Source: an uncultured Pelagibacteraceae bacterium
GTDB lineage: Bacteria > Pseudomonadota > Alphaproteobacteria > Pelagibacterales > Pelagibacteraceae
Reading direction: 5' to 3'
Length of the DNA: 64,000 nt
Assembly: GCA_902557155.1 (NCBI GenBank)
Contig: CACDYR010000002.1
Location: 71,025 to 135,024 of the forward strand
Under the pieces are notes generated by a model. That model searched no databases and had not been told where the DNA came from. It was given only the letters and a program-made list of their open reading frames with translations. This document shows positions 28,367 to 36,720 of the stretch, piece after piece. The position numbers and the translations under genes were made by a program. The stretch's first letter is position 1. Every line of letters begins with the position of its first letter.

Positions 28367-30177
28367 TGAAAGGTAATTTCATAGATAATTTGCCAAAAGT
28401 TTATGGAATCTATACTGGAGGATTTATAGGTTTCATAATCATCATGGCAATTGCTGAACAGATGGGTATGACTGCAAAAGCGATTGGTATCGCTTTCGTT
28501 GCATTTACTGTATTCATCTATGCATTAATCGGTTGGCTATCAAGAACAGCCCAAGCAGATGCATATTACGTAGCTGGTAGGCAAGTACCAACAGTCTTCA
28601 ACGGAATGGCGACTGCAGCAGACTGGATGTCTGGTGCTTCATTCGTTGCAATGGCGGGTGGTATTTACTTTAAAGGTTACGGCTATATGGCTCTACTTGT
28701 AGGTTGGACTGGTGGTTACGTGCTTGTTGCATCTTTATTAGCACCATACTTAAGAAAATTTGGCTGTTATACAGTTCCAGATTTTATAGGTACTAGATAC
28801 GGTGGTAATTTAGCTAGATTTAGCGCAGTTGTAGTTTTAACTGTTGCTTCATTTACTTATGTAACTGCACAAATTAACGCTACGGGTACTATTGCATCTG
28901 TTGCACTTGATATCCCATTCCAATACGCAGTTTATGTTGGACTAATAAGTATTTTATTATGTTCAATGTTAGGTGGTATGAGAGGGGTAACTTGGACACA
29001 GGTTGCACAATACATTGTACTAATTATAGCTTACCTACTTCCAGTATTCTGGATCAGTAACAAAATGGGTGCAGGTTTCTTCCCTCATTTTATGTTAGCT
29101 GACGAGGTAGCTAGAATTGGTGAATTAGAACAACAGTTCGGTTTTGTTAAAAACGCGGCTGCTGATCTAAAATCAGTACCTAAAGGCTTAGCAGGAATAA
29201 CTAAAGCTCACTCTGCAGTGAACGCTACACCTTGGGCATTTATTTCATTAGCATTAGCGATGATGATGGGAACAGCGTCATTGCCTCACGTGATGATGAG
29301 ATACTTTACTACTCCAAGTGTAAAAGCAGCTAGAAAATCAGTAGGTTGGTCATTATTCTTTATCTTCCTACTTTATTCTTCTGCTCCAATGTTAGCTACA
29401 TTATCTAAGTTATCATTGATCGACCCGAATTTACCAACTGGTATTATCGGTAAGACATTTGCAGAAGTGGAAGCGATAGATTGGTACCAAAACTGGAACC
29501 AAGCAAACCTAATGTTTATCAGCGACTTTAACGGAAATGGAACTCTTGAATTAAATGAGTTCTTCATGGGTGGTAAAGCCGTTGTGTTAGCAACACCAGA
29601 GATAGCTGGATTACCTTACGTAATTTCAGGTCTAGTTGCTGCAGGAGGTATGGCAGCTGCCATGTCTACTGCCGATGGTTTGATTCTAGCGATTGCAAAC
29701 GCTATATCACATGATGTTTACTATAAGATCATTGATCCAAAAGCGGAAACTGCAAAACGACTACTTGTTGCAAGGGTATTACTTGTAATAATTGGTTTTG
29801 CTGGAGCAACTATTGCAGCAATGGAGATACAAGGAATCTTAGGTTCGGTTATCTGGGCTTTTGATTTTGCGATGTCTGGATTATTCTTCCCACTTGTACT
29901 TGGTGTATGGTGGAAGAGAGCTAATAGACAAGGTGCGATTGCTGGTATGCTAGGTGGTCTAATCGCCGGTGCATGGTACTTAGTTTGGGTACGAACTGGT
30001 GGAAGTGGATTCCTAGGAATTACACAGTTAACATTTGGTATCTTCGGATCAGCTGTTAGTTTAGTTTTAATGGTAGTAGTTAGTTTAATGACTGCAGAAC
30101 CAGATAAAGCTACTCAAAAAATGGTTGATGATGTACGTGTACCGAGTGGTAAAACAATTCTTGGTAAATCACACTAA
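28366..30177 (+). CDS. actP: Sodium:solute symporter, ActP-like (acetate/monocarboxylate)
   Basis: YYVAGR, NGMATAADWMSGASF, GTASLPHVMMRYFT, AAAMSTADG; next to acs. Confidence 0.88.
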   Translation: MKGNFIDNLPKVYGIYTGGFIGFIIIMAIAEQMGMTAKAIGIAFVAFTVFIYALIGWLSRTAQADAYYVAGRQVPTVFNGMATAADWMSGASFVAMAGGIYFKGYGYMALLVGWTGGYVLVASLLAPYLRKFGCYTVPDFIGTRYGGNLARFSAVVVLTVASFTYVTAQINATGTIASVALDIPFQYAVYVGLISILLCSMLGGMRGVTWTQVAQYIVLIIAYLLPVFWISNKMGAGFFPHFMLADEVARIGELEQQFGFVKNAAADLKSVPKGLAGITKAHSAVNATPWAFISLALAMMMGTASLPHVMMRYFTTPSVKAARKSVGWSLFFIFLLYSSAPMLATLSKLSLIDPNLPTGIIGKTFAEVEAIDWYQNWNQANLMFISDFNGNGTLELNEFFMGGKAVVLATPEIAGLPYVISGLVAAGGMAAAMSTADGLILAIANAISHDVYYKIIDPKAETAKRLLVARVLLVIIGFAGATIAAMEIQGILGSVIWAFDFAMSGLFFPLVLGVWWKRANRQGAIAGMLGGLIAGAWYLVWVRTGGSGFLGITQLTFGIFGSAVSLVLMVVVSLMTAEPDKATQKMVDDVRVPSGKTILGKSH

Positions 30178-30187
30178 ATAATCTTTT

Positions 30188-30214
30188 AAAGGGGCGATTA
30201 ATTTCGCCCCTTTT
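30188..30214 (+). terminator. Rho-independent terminator after actP
   Basis: AAAGGGGCGA-TTAATT-TCGCCCCTTTT. Confidence 0.9.
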
Positions 30215-30245
30215 ATTTCATAACATTTTCCAATATAAATTTTAA

Positions 30246-30596
30246 ATGTCAGCAAACTTCCATCCTTTAATTTATTTTATCGATTATTTGCTTGGGATCA
30301 TTATGTGGACTCTTATTGGAAGAGTAGCGATGAATATTTTTCAAAAAGAAGACTCGCAGTTTTTTTTCATGAGAGTGTTCGTAAAATATACAAATCCATT
30401 AATTAAGTTATTTAAACCAATAACACCCTCATTTATTATTGGGCCATTGGTGCCTTTGTATGTTGCTTGGTTTTTCTATATGATAAGATTTTATCTAATG
30501 CCTTGGATCTTAGGCTATTCGGTGATGGGAATGTTGTCATTTCCTTTGGAGAGTGAAATTTCTAGACAAATTTACCAATTTTTTAATTCATTTTAA
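30246..30596 (+). CDS. Hypothetical membrane protein, YggT-like
   Basis: 2-3 TM; DYLLGIIMWTLIGR, TNPLI..F. Confidence 0.65.
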   Translation: MSANFHPLIYFIDYLLGIIMWTLIGRVAMNIFQKEDSQFFFMRVFVKYTNPLIKLFKPITPSFIIGPLVPLYVAWFFYMIRFYLMPWILGYSVMGMLSFPLESEISRQIYQFFNSF

Positions 30597-30630
30597 TTTT
30601 TAAAATTGATACTAGTTAATCTAGTAATCA

Positions 30631-31290
30631 ATGAAAAATATACAAATTTCACCATCAATTTTATCTGCTGATTTTAGTCAGTTAGGTACAGAAATAAAAA
30701 GACTTGAAGAAGGCGGTGCTGATATGATTCATGTGGATGTAATGGATGGTCATTTTGTTCCTAATTTAACAATAGGGCCACCTGTAATAAAAGCTCTTCG
30801 AAAACATTGTTCACTAAAATTTGATGTTCATTTAATGATATCACCAGTGCATAAATATATAGATGCTTACGCCGATGCAGGAGCAGATATAATTACTATT
30901 CATCCCGAGGCAACTGATAATTTAGAAAATTCAATTAAAAAGATAAAAGAAAAAAATAAGAAAGTTGGAGTTTCACTTAATCCTGAATCTAAAATTGATT
31001 TAATATTAGATCTTTTAGATCAAATTGATTTAGTTTTAATTATGAGTGTAAATCCTGGATTTGGAGGTCAAAAATTTATGCCAGAAGTTTTGGATAAAAT
31101 CAAAGATCTAAAAAAAATAAAAGACCAAAAAAAGTTAGATTTTGACATAGAAATTGATGGTGGGATCAATTTTGATAATTGCAAAAGTGCAATTGATGCT
31201 GGTGCAAACATTCTTGTTTCAGGTACTACAATATTCAAAAGTAATGATGGAGATATAAAAAAAAATATTAATTTATTAAAATTAAAATAA
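30631..31290 (+). CDS. rpe: Ribulose-phosphate 3-epimerase
   Basis: SILSADF, HVDVMDGHFVPN, SVNPGFGGQ, DGGIN. Confidence 0.98.
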   Translation: MKNIQISPSILSADFSQLGTEIKRLEEGGADMIHVDVMDGHFVPNLTIGPPVIKALRKHCSLKFDVHLMISPVHKYIDAYADAGADIITIHPEATDNLENSIKKIKEKNKKVGVSLNPESKIDLILDLLDQIDLVLIMSVNPGFGGQKFMPEVLDKIKDLKKIKDQKKLDFDIEIDGGINFDNCKSAIDAGANILVSGTTIFKSNDGDIKKNINLLKLK

Positions 31291-31294
31291 GTTA

Positions 31295-32920
31295 ATGATT
31301 AATACAAATTCCTTAGGCATTTTGGGGCAATTTTATTTTAATATAAAAGAAAGTTTTAAATCAATTTATCAAAATTCAAATTTTTACGAGAGACAAATAT
31401 CAAAAACTTTTGAAAATAGCTTTGAATACAAACCTAGCCCTCATTTACTTTCATCTATAATTAAATATCAAAATAAAAAATATAAAATTGAAGATTTTGC
31501 TATCGAGTCAATTTGGCAAAAAAAATTAAGTCCTAAAGATTATGAAAAATTAAATAATTTTTTTTGGTTTTTCAGCTTAGATTTAAAATCTTCCAAAAAA
31601 ACTACACAAACAGTTATAAAAAACTGGATTTTAAATAACACCAAATATCAAAAAAAGAGTTGGGAATTTGATTTAACAGCAAAAAGAATTATTTCATGGT
31701 TATCAAATCATCAACTAACGTATGAAGATAGTGATCAAGAATATAGATCTATTTTTGATCATATGATTCAGAAGCAGGCTAATCATTTGTTAAATGAAAT
31801 AAAAAACCCAAAAGAAGTAGAAAATAAGATGATTGGGTGTGCTGCAATAATTTTGACTGGCCTGGCTTATAAGAATGAAAGACAATATCTTACTTTCGGA
31901 TTAAATTTATTAAAAAATATAATTAAATCCTCAATCGATAATCAAGGTTTTACAAAATCAAGAAATATCAGACAATTAATATTTTATTTAAAATATTTTA
32001 TAATAATTAGAGAGTGGTTTAAAGAATCTCAAAGTTTAATCCCTGAATATATTGATGAAACTATCTACTATTTAGGCTCAAGTTACGCTTTCATTTGGCA
32101 AAATATTAAACAAGATATTTTTTTTAATGGTAATTATTCTTCGGATAATAACGAGTTTGATCAATACTTGAAAAGGTTTGGTTACACTTTTAAAAATCAA
32201 ATTAATGAACTAGGAGGTTATGCTATACTTAAGAATAAAAAAATAATTCTTGCTGCTGATATTGGATCTAGCCCTAGCAAAATATTTTCTAACGACTATC
32301 AGGCAGGAGCTTTATCATTTGAAATATTTTCTAATGATAAAAAATTAATTTCTAATGCTGGTTACTATTCAGATAAAAATAATAAATTTAATAAATTATC
32401 AAGAAGTACAGCTTTACATTGTGCTTTAAACATTGAGGATTATTCCTCTTGTAATTTTATTAAGCATCAAAAAAAATTGATTGTTGATAAAGGACTGAAA
32501 GTATCAAAAAAAAATGTAGTTTTTGAAAATAATTATTGGAAAATATCAGGTTCACATGATGGGTATTTAATTAAATTCGGAGCCATACATGAGAGAGAAA
32601 TTGAGTTCTACCCAGAACAAATGAAATTTATTGGCTATGATAAGTTATTAAGAAAAAATCCAAGTAAAGAAATTAAATTTGATATTAGATTTCATCTTGA
32701 TCCAAACTCAAAAGTAATGAAAACACAAGATAACAAATCAATACTAATTGAATTAGATGAGGAAGGCTGGAAATTTAGTTGTGATAACTTTGATATTAAT
32801 ATTGATAATGGTTTATATTTCGGTAATAAAAATTCATATAAAGAAAACCAAAATATTTTTATCACAGGTATGAATAATGAAAAAGAACAGATAATAAAGT
32901 GGGAGATAAATAAATTATAA
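31295..32920 (+). CDS. Heparinase II/III-like protein
   Basis: AKRIISWL, AGALSFE, RSTALH, SHDGY, IRFHL; typical alphaproteobacterial position before purH. Confidence 0.8.
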   Translation: MINTNSLGILGQFYFNIKESFKSIYQNSNFYERQISKTFENSFEYKPSPHLLSSIIKYQNKKYKIEDFAIESIWQKKLSPKDYEKLNNFFWFFSLDLKSSKKTTQTVIKNWILNNTKYQKKSWEFDLTAKRIISWLSNHQLTYEDSDQEYRSIFDHMIQKQANHLLNEIKNPKEVENKMIGCAAIILTGLAYKNERQYLTFGLNLLKNIIKSSIDNQGFTKSRNIRQLIFYLKYFIIIREWFKESQSLIPEYIDETIYYLGSSYAFIWQNIKQDIFFNGNYSSDNNEFDQYLKRFGYTFKNQINELGGYAILKNKKIILAADIGSSPSKIFSNDYQAGALSFEIFSNDKKLISNAGYYSDKNNKFNKLSRSTALHCALNIEDYSSCNFIKHQKKLIVDKGLKVSKKNVVFENNYWKISGSHDGYLIKFGAIHEREIEFYPEQMKFIGYDKLLRKNPSKEIKFDIRFHLDPNSKVMKTQDNKSILIELDEEGWKFSCDNFDINIDNGLYFGNKNSYKENQNIFITGMNNEKEQIIKWEINKL

Positions 32921-34458
32921 TGAAGAAAAAAATCAAAACAGCTCTCATATCTGTATCTGACAAAAATAACTTAAAACCATTGCTAAATATTTTAAAAAAA
33001 AACAAAATTAAAATAATTAGCTCAGGTGGTACTTATAAAAAAATTAAAAAATTAAAATTTAACTGTTTAGAAGTATCTGATTTTACTAGTTCCCCCGAGA
33101 TTTTGGAGGGTAGGGTAAAAACTCTTCATCCAAAAATTCATGCAGGGATTTTAAGTAAAAGAGAAAAAAAATCTCACTTAAAAGATCTTAAAGATAATAA
33201 TTTTGAGAATATTGATTTAGTAATAGTTAATTTTTATCCATTTGAGAACACTCTTAAAAAAACAAATAATCATCTAAAAATTATTGAAAATATAGATGTA
33301 GGTGGTCCCACTATGGTTAGATCGGCGGCAAAAAACTACAATGATGTAGCTGTAATAACTTCTCCAGATCAATATGAGGAGTTAATTCAAGAACTAAAAA
33401 AATTCAAGGGATCTACTTCTTTAAATTTTAGAGAAAAACTATCAAGAATAGCGTTTGCTGAGACGGCATATTATGACTCTGTGATTTCAAACTATTTTAA
33501 CAAAAAAACAAATACTATTTTCCCCAAGAAAAAAATTTTTCATGGAAATCTAATAGAGCAACTTAGATATGGTGAAAATCCTCACCAATTAAGCGCAATT
33601 TATTCCAGTAGTTCAAATATGAACTTAAAACAAATTCATGGAAAACAGCTTAGTTATAACAATTATAATGACATATTTAGCGCTCTTACTATTTCAAGAT
33701 CTTTACCAAAAGGGAAAGGAACAGTCATAGTTAAGCACGCAAACCCGTGTGGAGTTTCTGCTAAAAATGATCATTTAGAGAGTTATAAGTCCGCTCTGTC
33801 TTGTGACCCTGTAAGTGCTTTTGGTGGAATAGTTTCTTGTAATTTTAAAATTAAAAGAGATTTAGCTGTTGAATTAAATAAGTTATTTTTAGAAGTAATA
33901 ATTGCAAATGGTTTCGATAGCAATTCAATCAAAATATTAAATGCTAAAAAAAACTTAAGATTGATTGATGGAACAAATTATACATCAGGAGAACTTTTTA
34001 AGTTTGTATCATTTAATCAAGATATAATGATGCAATCAGAGGACTTAAATATATTTGCAAAAAAAAATTTTAAAGTTGTATCAAAACGAAAACCAACATC
34101 TAAACAACTTAAAGATCTAATTTTTGCTTTTAATGTATGTAGGTATGTAAAATCAAATGCAATAGTATTAGCATCTAATGAAGCTACTGTTGGTATTGGT
34201 TCTGGTCAACCAAGTAGACTAGATAGTTGCCAAATAGCAATAAATAAAATGAAAAAATTTAATCTTCAGACTGATAATTTAGTAGCAGCCTCAGACGCAT
34301 TTTTTCCTTTTGTAGATGGTATCGAAAAATTAGTCCAATCAGGTGTTAGAGCTGTTATTCAACCATCTGGATCAATAAGAGATAAAGAAATAATTAATTT
34401 TGCAAACGAGACTGATACTGTGCTTCTTTTTTCAGAGACAAGACATTTTAGACATTAG
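32920..34458 (+). CDS. purH: AICAR transformylase/IMP cyclohydrolase
   Basis: GRVKTLHP, IDVGGPTMVR, LRYGENPHQ, KHANPCG, SDAFFPF. Confidence 0.98.
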   Translation: MKKKIKTALISVSDKNNLKPLLNILKKNKIKIISSGGTYKKIKKLKFNCLEVSDFTSSPEILEGRVKTLHPKIHAGILSKREKKSHLKDLKDNNFENIDLVIVNFYPFENTLKKTNNHLKIIENIDVGGPTMVRSAAKNYNDVAVITSPDQYEELIQELKKFKGSTSLNFREKLSRIAFAETAYYDSVISNYFNKKTNTIFPKKKIFHGNLIEQLRYGENPHQLSAIYSSSSNMNLKQIHGKQLSYNNYNDIFSALTISRSLPKGKGTVIVKHANPCGVSAKNDHLESYKSALSCDPVSAFGGIVSCNFKIKRDLAVELNKLFLEVIIANGFDSNSIKILNAKKNLRLIDGTNYTSGELFKFVSFNQDIMMQSEDLNIFAKKNFKVVSKRKPTSKQLKDLIFAFNVCRYVKSNAIVLASNEATVGIGSGQPSRLDSCQIAINKMKKFNLQTDNLVAASDAFFPFVDGIEKLVQSGVRAVIQPSGSIRDKEIINFANETDTVLLFSETRHFRH

Positions 34459-34792
34459 TTATTTTATCTATTTTTGCAGCAAGAATAAAATCACTCTCGG
34501 CAAGACCCTTTATCGCATGCGTAAATATTTTAATTCTCGCATAACCCCACCCAAACCATAGATCAGGATGATGACCTTCAGCTTCAGCTATTTGTCCAAC
34601 TTTATTGACAAATTCCTGACTTTTTAAAAAGTTATCAAATTTAAAATTCTTGATTAAATGAAAGCCATCAATTTTATCTTCTAAAACTTCCCAGCCATCA
34701 ACTTTTTTAAGATATTTATGTATCTCCTCTGCATTAAATGGAGGAATATTTCCTTCACAAGGAACACACTTTTTGTTTGCTAGATCACTCAT
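34448..34792 (-). CDS. Pterin-4-alpha-carbinolamine dehydratase (start corrected to MSDLANKK)
   Basis: CVPC, EGHHPDL, FTHAIKGL..DFILAAKID; the longer ORF call overlaps the tRNA. Confidence 0.92.
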   Translation of the reverse strand: MSDLANKKCVPCEGNIPPFNAEEIHKYLKKVDGWEVLEDKIDGFHLIKNFKFDNFLKSQEFVNKVGQIAEAEGHHPDLWFGWGYARIKIFTHAIKGLAESDFILAAKIDKITNV

Positions 34793-34801
34793 AATTTTTT
34801 T

Positions 34802-34876
34802 TGGAGCGGGCAAAGGGGGTCGAACCCTCGACCTTCTCGTTGGCAACGAGACGCTCTACCACTGAGCTATGCCCGC
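34802..34876 (-). tRNA. tRNA-Gly(GCC)
   Basis: GCGGGCATAGCTCAGTGGTAGAGCGTCTCGTTGCCAACGAGAAGGTCGAGGGTTCGACCCCCTTTGCCCGCTCCA; cloverleaf, GCC anticodon, encoded CCA. Confidence 0.98.
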
Positions 34877-34878
34877 TT
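34837..34878. repeat. att core copy 1 (42-bp direct repeat = 5' half of tRNA-Gly)
   Basis: TCGTTGGCAACGAGACGCTCTACCACTGAGCTATGCCCGCTT, identical to 36668-36709. Confidence 0.97.
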
Positions 34879-34893
34879 CTTAAATTATTATTG

Positions 34894-34922
34894 AAATTAG
34901 AGGCTTTTTAAAAATTTAGCAA
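34894..34922 (-). promoter_or_regulatory. Island-supplied candidate sigma70 promoter for the intact tRNA-Gly
   Basis: Minus strand TTGCTA-N17-TAATTT, 17 nt upstream of the tRNA 5' end. Confidence 0.45.
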
Positions 34923-34949
34923 GAGGCTATTTTAGTAAAATTTGGACCC

Positions 34950-34971
34950 AACTGTGCCGACAGTGTGCCGA
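34950..34971. repeat. Tandem arm-type repeat pair (left end)
   Basis: TGTGCCGA at 34953 and 34964 (11-bp period). Confidence 0.65.
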
Positions 34972-34990
34972 GATTTTAGATAAAAATTTT

Positions 34991-35018
34991 ATCTGGGGCT
35001 GCATGCAGTGCCCCAGAT
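34991..35018. terminator. GC-rich hairpin just downstream of the HNH gene; probable terminator
   Basis: ATCTGGGGC-N10-GCCCCAGAT, 9-bp perfect stem flanked by A/T tracts. Confidence 0.7.
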
Positions 35019-35024
35019 TAGTTT

Positions 35025-35447
35025 TTAATTTTCAATGTAAGGTATTTGCAATTCCCAATAGCCAGCTACTTTCATATGTTCATGAAAATTTTCATGGCAG
35101 TTGTTACACAAAGCAACTACATCTTGCATGGGAACTTCTCTAAACTTTACACCATGATATTTATTATGATGAGCACATTGTGAAGATCTAGCACAGTTCA
35201 CGCATTTTGGTGAATTAGCTAAAGTATACGCAGAAACAGCCTGCCAATGGTCTGTTTTATAGTACATCTTTAACGTAAGCATCTCACACACAAAGTGTCC
35301 ATGTTCAATAATGATACTTGCTTGCCTGAAATCATTTCGCTTCAGAGCATCTTCTTTTTCACGGAATAATTTATTAGCTAAATCAAAGAGCTTGTCTGTT
35401 CCTAAAAGATTTCTTGCGTTATCATAATCTTGTTTGGTTCTGCTCAT
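35025..35447 (-). CDS. HNH-family endonuclease with CxxC...CxxCH zinc site
   Basis: YYKTDHWQ..., CVNC, HH, LCNNCHENFH; AGGAGG Shine-Dalgarno 8 nt before ATG. Confidence 0.8.
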   Translation of the reverse strand: MSRTKQDYDNARNLLGTDKLFDLANKLFREKEDALKRNDFRQASIIIEHGHFVCEMLTLKMYYKTDHWQAVSAYTLANSPKCVNCARSSQCAHHNKYHGVKFREVPMQDVVALCNNCHENFHEHMKVAGYWELQIPYIEN

Positions 35448-35763
35448 AGTTATTTCCTCCTTTCTTCCTTTTTTAAAAAAGGAAATAACCCTAAATTCTT
35501 GTTACACTTTTCTTTTAGTGAGTCAACAGAACATTCATAGAAAGAAATGTGTACGTAGTTATAGTTTCGTTATCATTTAATTATAATAAGGTTATTTTTT
35601 TTTTGGCTTAAAATAACAATTTTTAAAGAATTTATTTTAGATATCTAAAAAATAAAACTTATACAAATTTATCCCCATGAATATTTATTTAAAACCTATG
35701 GTTTTTTAAATCTTAGGGTGTGTGCAAATTATGGAATTAGATGATATTTTTTGATACTCTAAA

Positions 35764-36357
35764 TTGATGTTAGGTGATTTATTACTAGACTTTTTAGACC
35801 AAAAAAAAGTCATTAAAAATTCTGCTAAAGAGTTTGCAAGACTTTACGATTTTTTTGAAATTTATAAAAAATCAACCCCTGAAAATTTTAAAAAATACAT
35901 TGATGAACAAAATGAATATATAATCTCAGAAATTCTAACGAGTTTATATTTAATCGCTTATGTGGCCAAAATTCGAAACAACAAAAAACTAATATTTAAA
36001 TCTGCTTTTCAAAAAGACGAATTTTTCATGCAAGATATCTTTCTTCAAAATAAAGATATTAGAAAAGTTTTTACAACCGAATATCAAATTATAATAACTG
36101 CATTATCAAGTAAATTTGGTATGGATAAAAAGGATGTAAAATTAGTCATAGATGGAATGCACGCTATTTTAATACTTAAGACTGAGGAAAAAAATAAAGA
36201 GGAACCAGATGAAACGCCAATACCTGATTTTTCTTCTATAGCTCAATCTTTAGATAATGACTTTCGTAAAATTGAAGATTTTGAGAACGACTCACCTGAT
36301 AAAATAGATAATTTTGTTAAAAAATTAATTGAAAAACATTATTGGGGAAAAAACTAA
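35764..36357 (+). CDS. Hypothetical protein (island cargo)
   Basis: 197-aa ORF, helical-looking with acidic C-terminal third; no motif recognised. Confidence 0.65.
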   Translation: MMLGDLLLDFLDQKKVIKNSAKEFARLYDFFEIYKKSTPENFKKYIDEQNEYIISEILTSLYLIAYVAKIRNNKKLIFKSAFQKDEFFMQDIFLQNKDIRKVFTTEYQIIITALSSKFGMDKKDVKLVIDGMHAILILKTEEKNKEEPDETPIPDFSSIAQSLDNDFRKIEDFENDSPDKIDNFVKKLIEKHYWGKN

Positions 36358-36539
36358 TCTTTGGGACTTATTTTTCTTAATTTTTTATTTTGAATATAAA
36401 TTATACCTATAAGTAAAAATACTAACAAAGGGTAAGCAATAATAAATATGATGATATTTATTAATTCATAACTAGTTCCAGTGAGATCTGCCAACCAAAC
36501 AAGAATATCTACACATAAATAAAAAATATAATCAATCAT
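36354..36539 (-). CDS. Small membrane protein (island cargo)
   Basis: 61 aa; amphipathic N-terminus, TM helix, basic tail. Confidence 0.6.
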   Translation of the reverse strand: MIDYIFYLCVDILVWLADLTGTSYELINIIIFIIAYPLLVFLLIGIIYIQNKKLRKISPKD

Positions 36540-36587
36540 TAATCTTTTAATTAATATTAATTTTGACTTATGTTCTTTTTTTTTCTT

Positions 36588-36609
36588 AACTGTGTCGTCA
36601 GTGTGTCAA
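36588..36609. repeat. Tandem arm-type repeat pair (right end)
   Basis: TGTGTCGT at 36591 and TGTGTCAA at 36602 (11-bp period); 17/21 identical to 34950-34970. Confidence 0.65.
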
Positions 36610-36667
36610 AAAATAAAGTTAACGTAAAAATTACAGAAAATTGAGTTATTTATTAAAGAATTAAGGA

Positions 36668-36709
36668 TCGTTGGCAACGAGACGCTCTACCACTGAGCTA
36701 TGCCCGCTT
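36668..36709 (-). repeat. att core copy 2: orphan 5' half of tRNA-Gly
   Basis: tRNA nt 1-40 plus 2 upstream nt; no T-arm or 3' acceptor strand follows. Confidence 0.97.
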
Positions 36710-36720
36710 GTTTAAAAAAC

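Larger units (their letters stand above)
34837..36709. mobile_element. Integrase-less mini genomic island at tRNA-Gly (repeat-to-repeat unit 1,831 bp)
   Basis: Flanked by identical 42-bp tRNA-derived direct repeats; paired internal TGTG(C/T)C repeats near both ends; three non-housekeeping ORFs. Confidence 0.85.

Noticed and set aside
34793-34846. N-terminal extension (MPTRRSRVRPPLPAPKKI) of the pterin dehydratase ORF
   Set aside because: It is a translation of the tRNA-Gly 3' half; the family-typical start is at 34792.
34879-36667. Integrase or integrase pseudogene inside the island
   Set aside because: No tyrosine-recombinase (R...HxxR...Y) or serine-recombinase motifs in the ORFs, and the spacers are too short and AT-rich to hide one. 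Checked by eye only; a tblastn would be decisive.
36668-36709. Second tRNA-Gly gene
   Set aside because: Only nt 1-40 are present, with no T-arm or acceptor 3' strand; treated as an att repeat.
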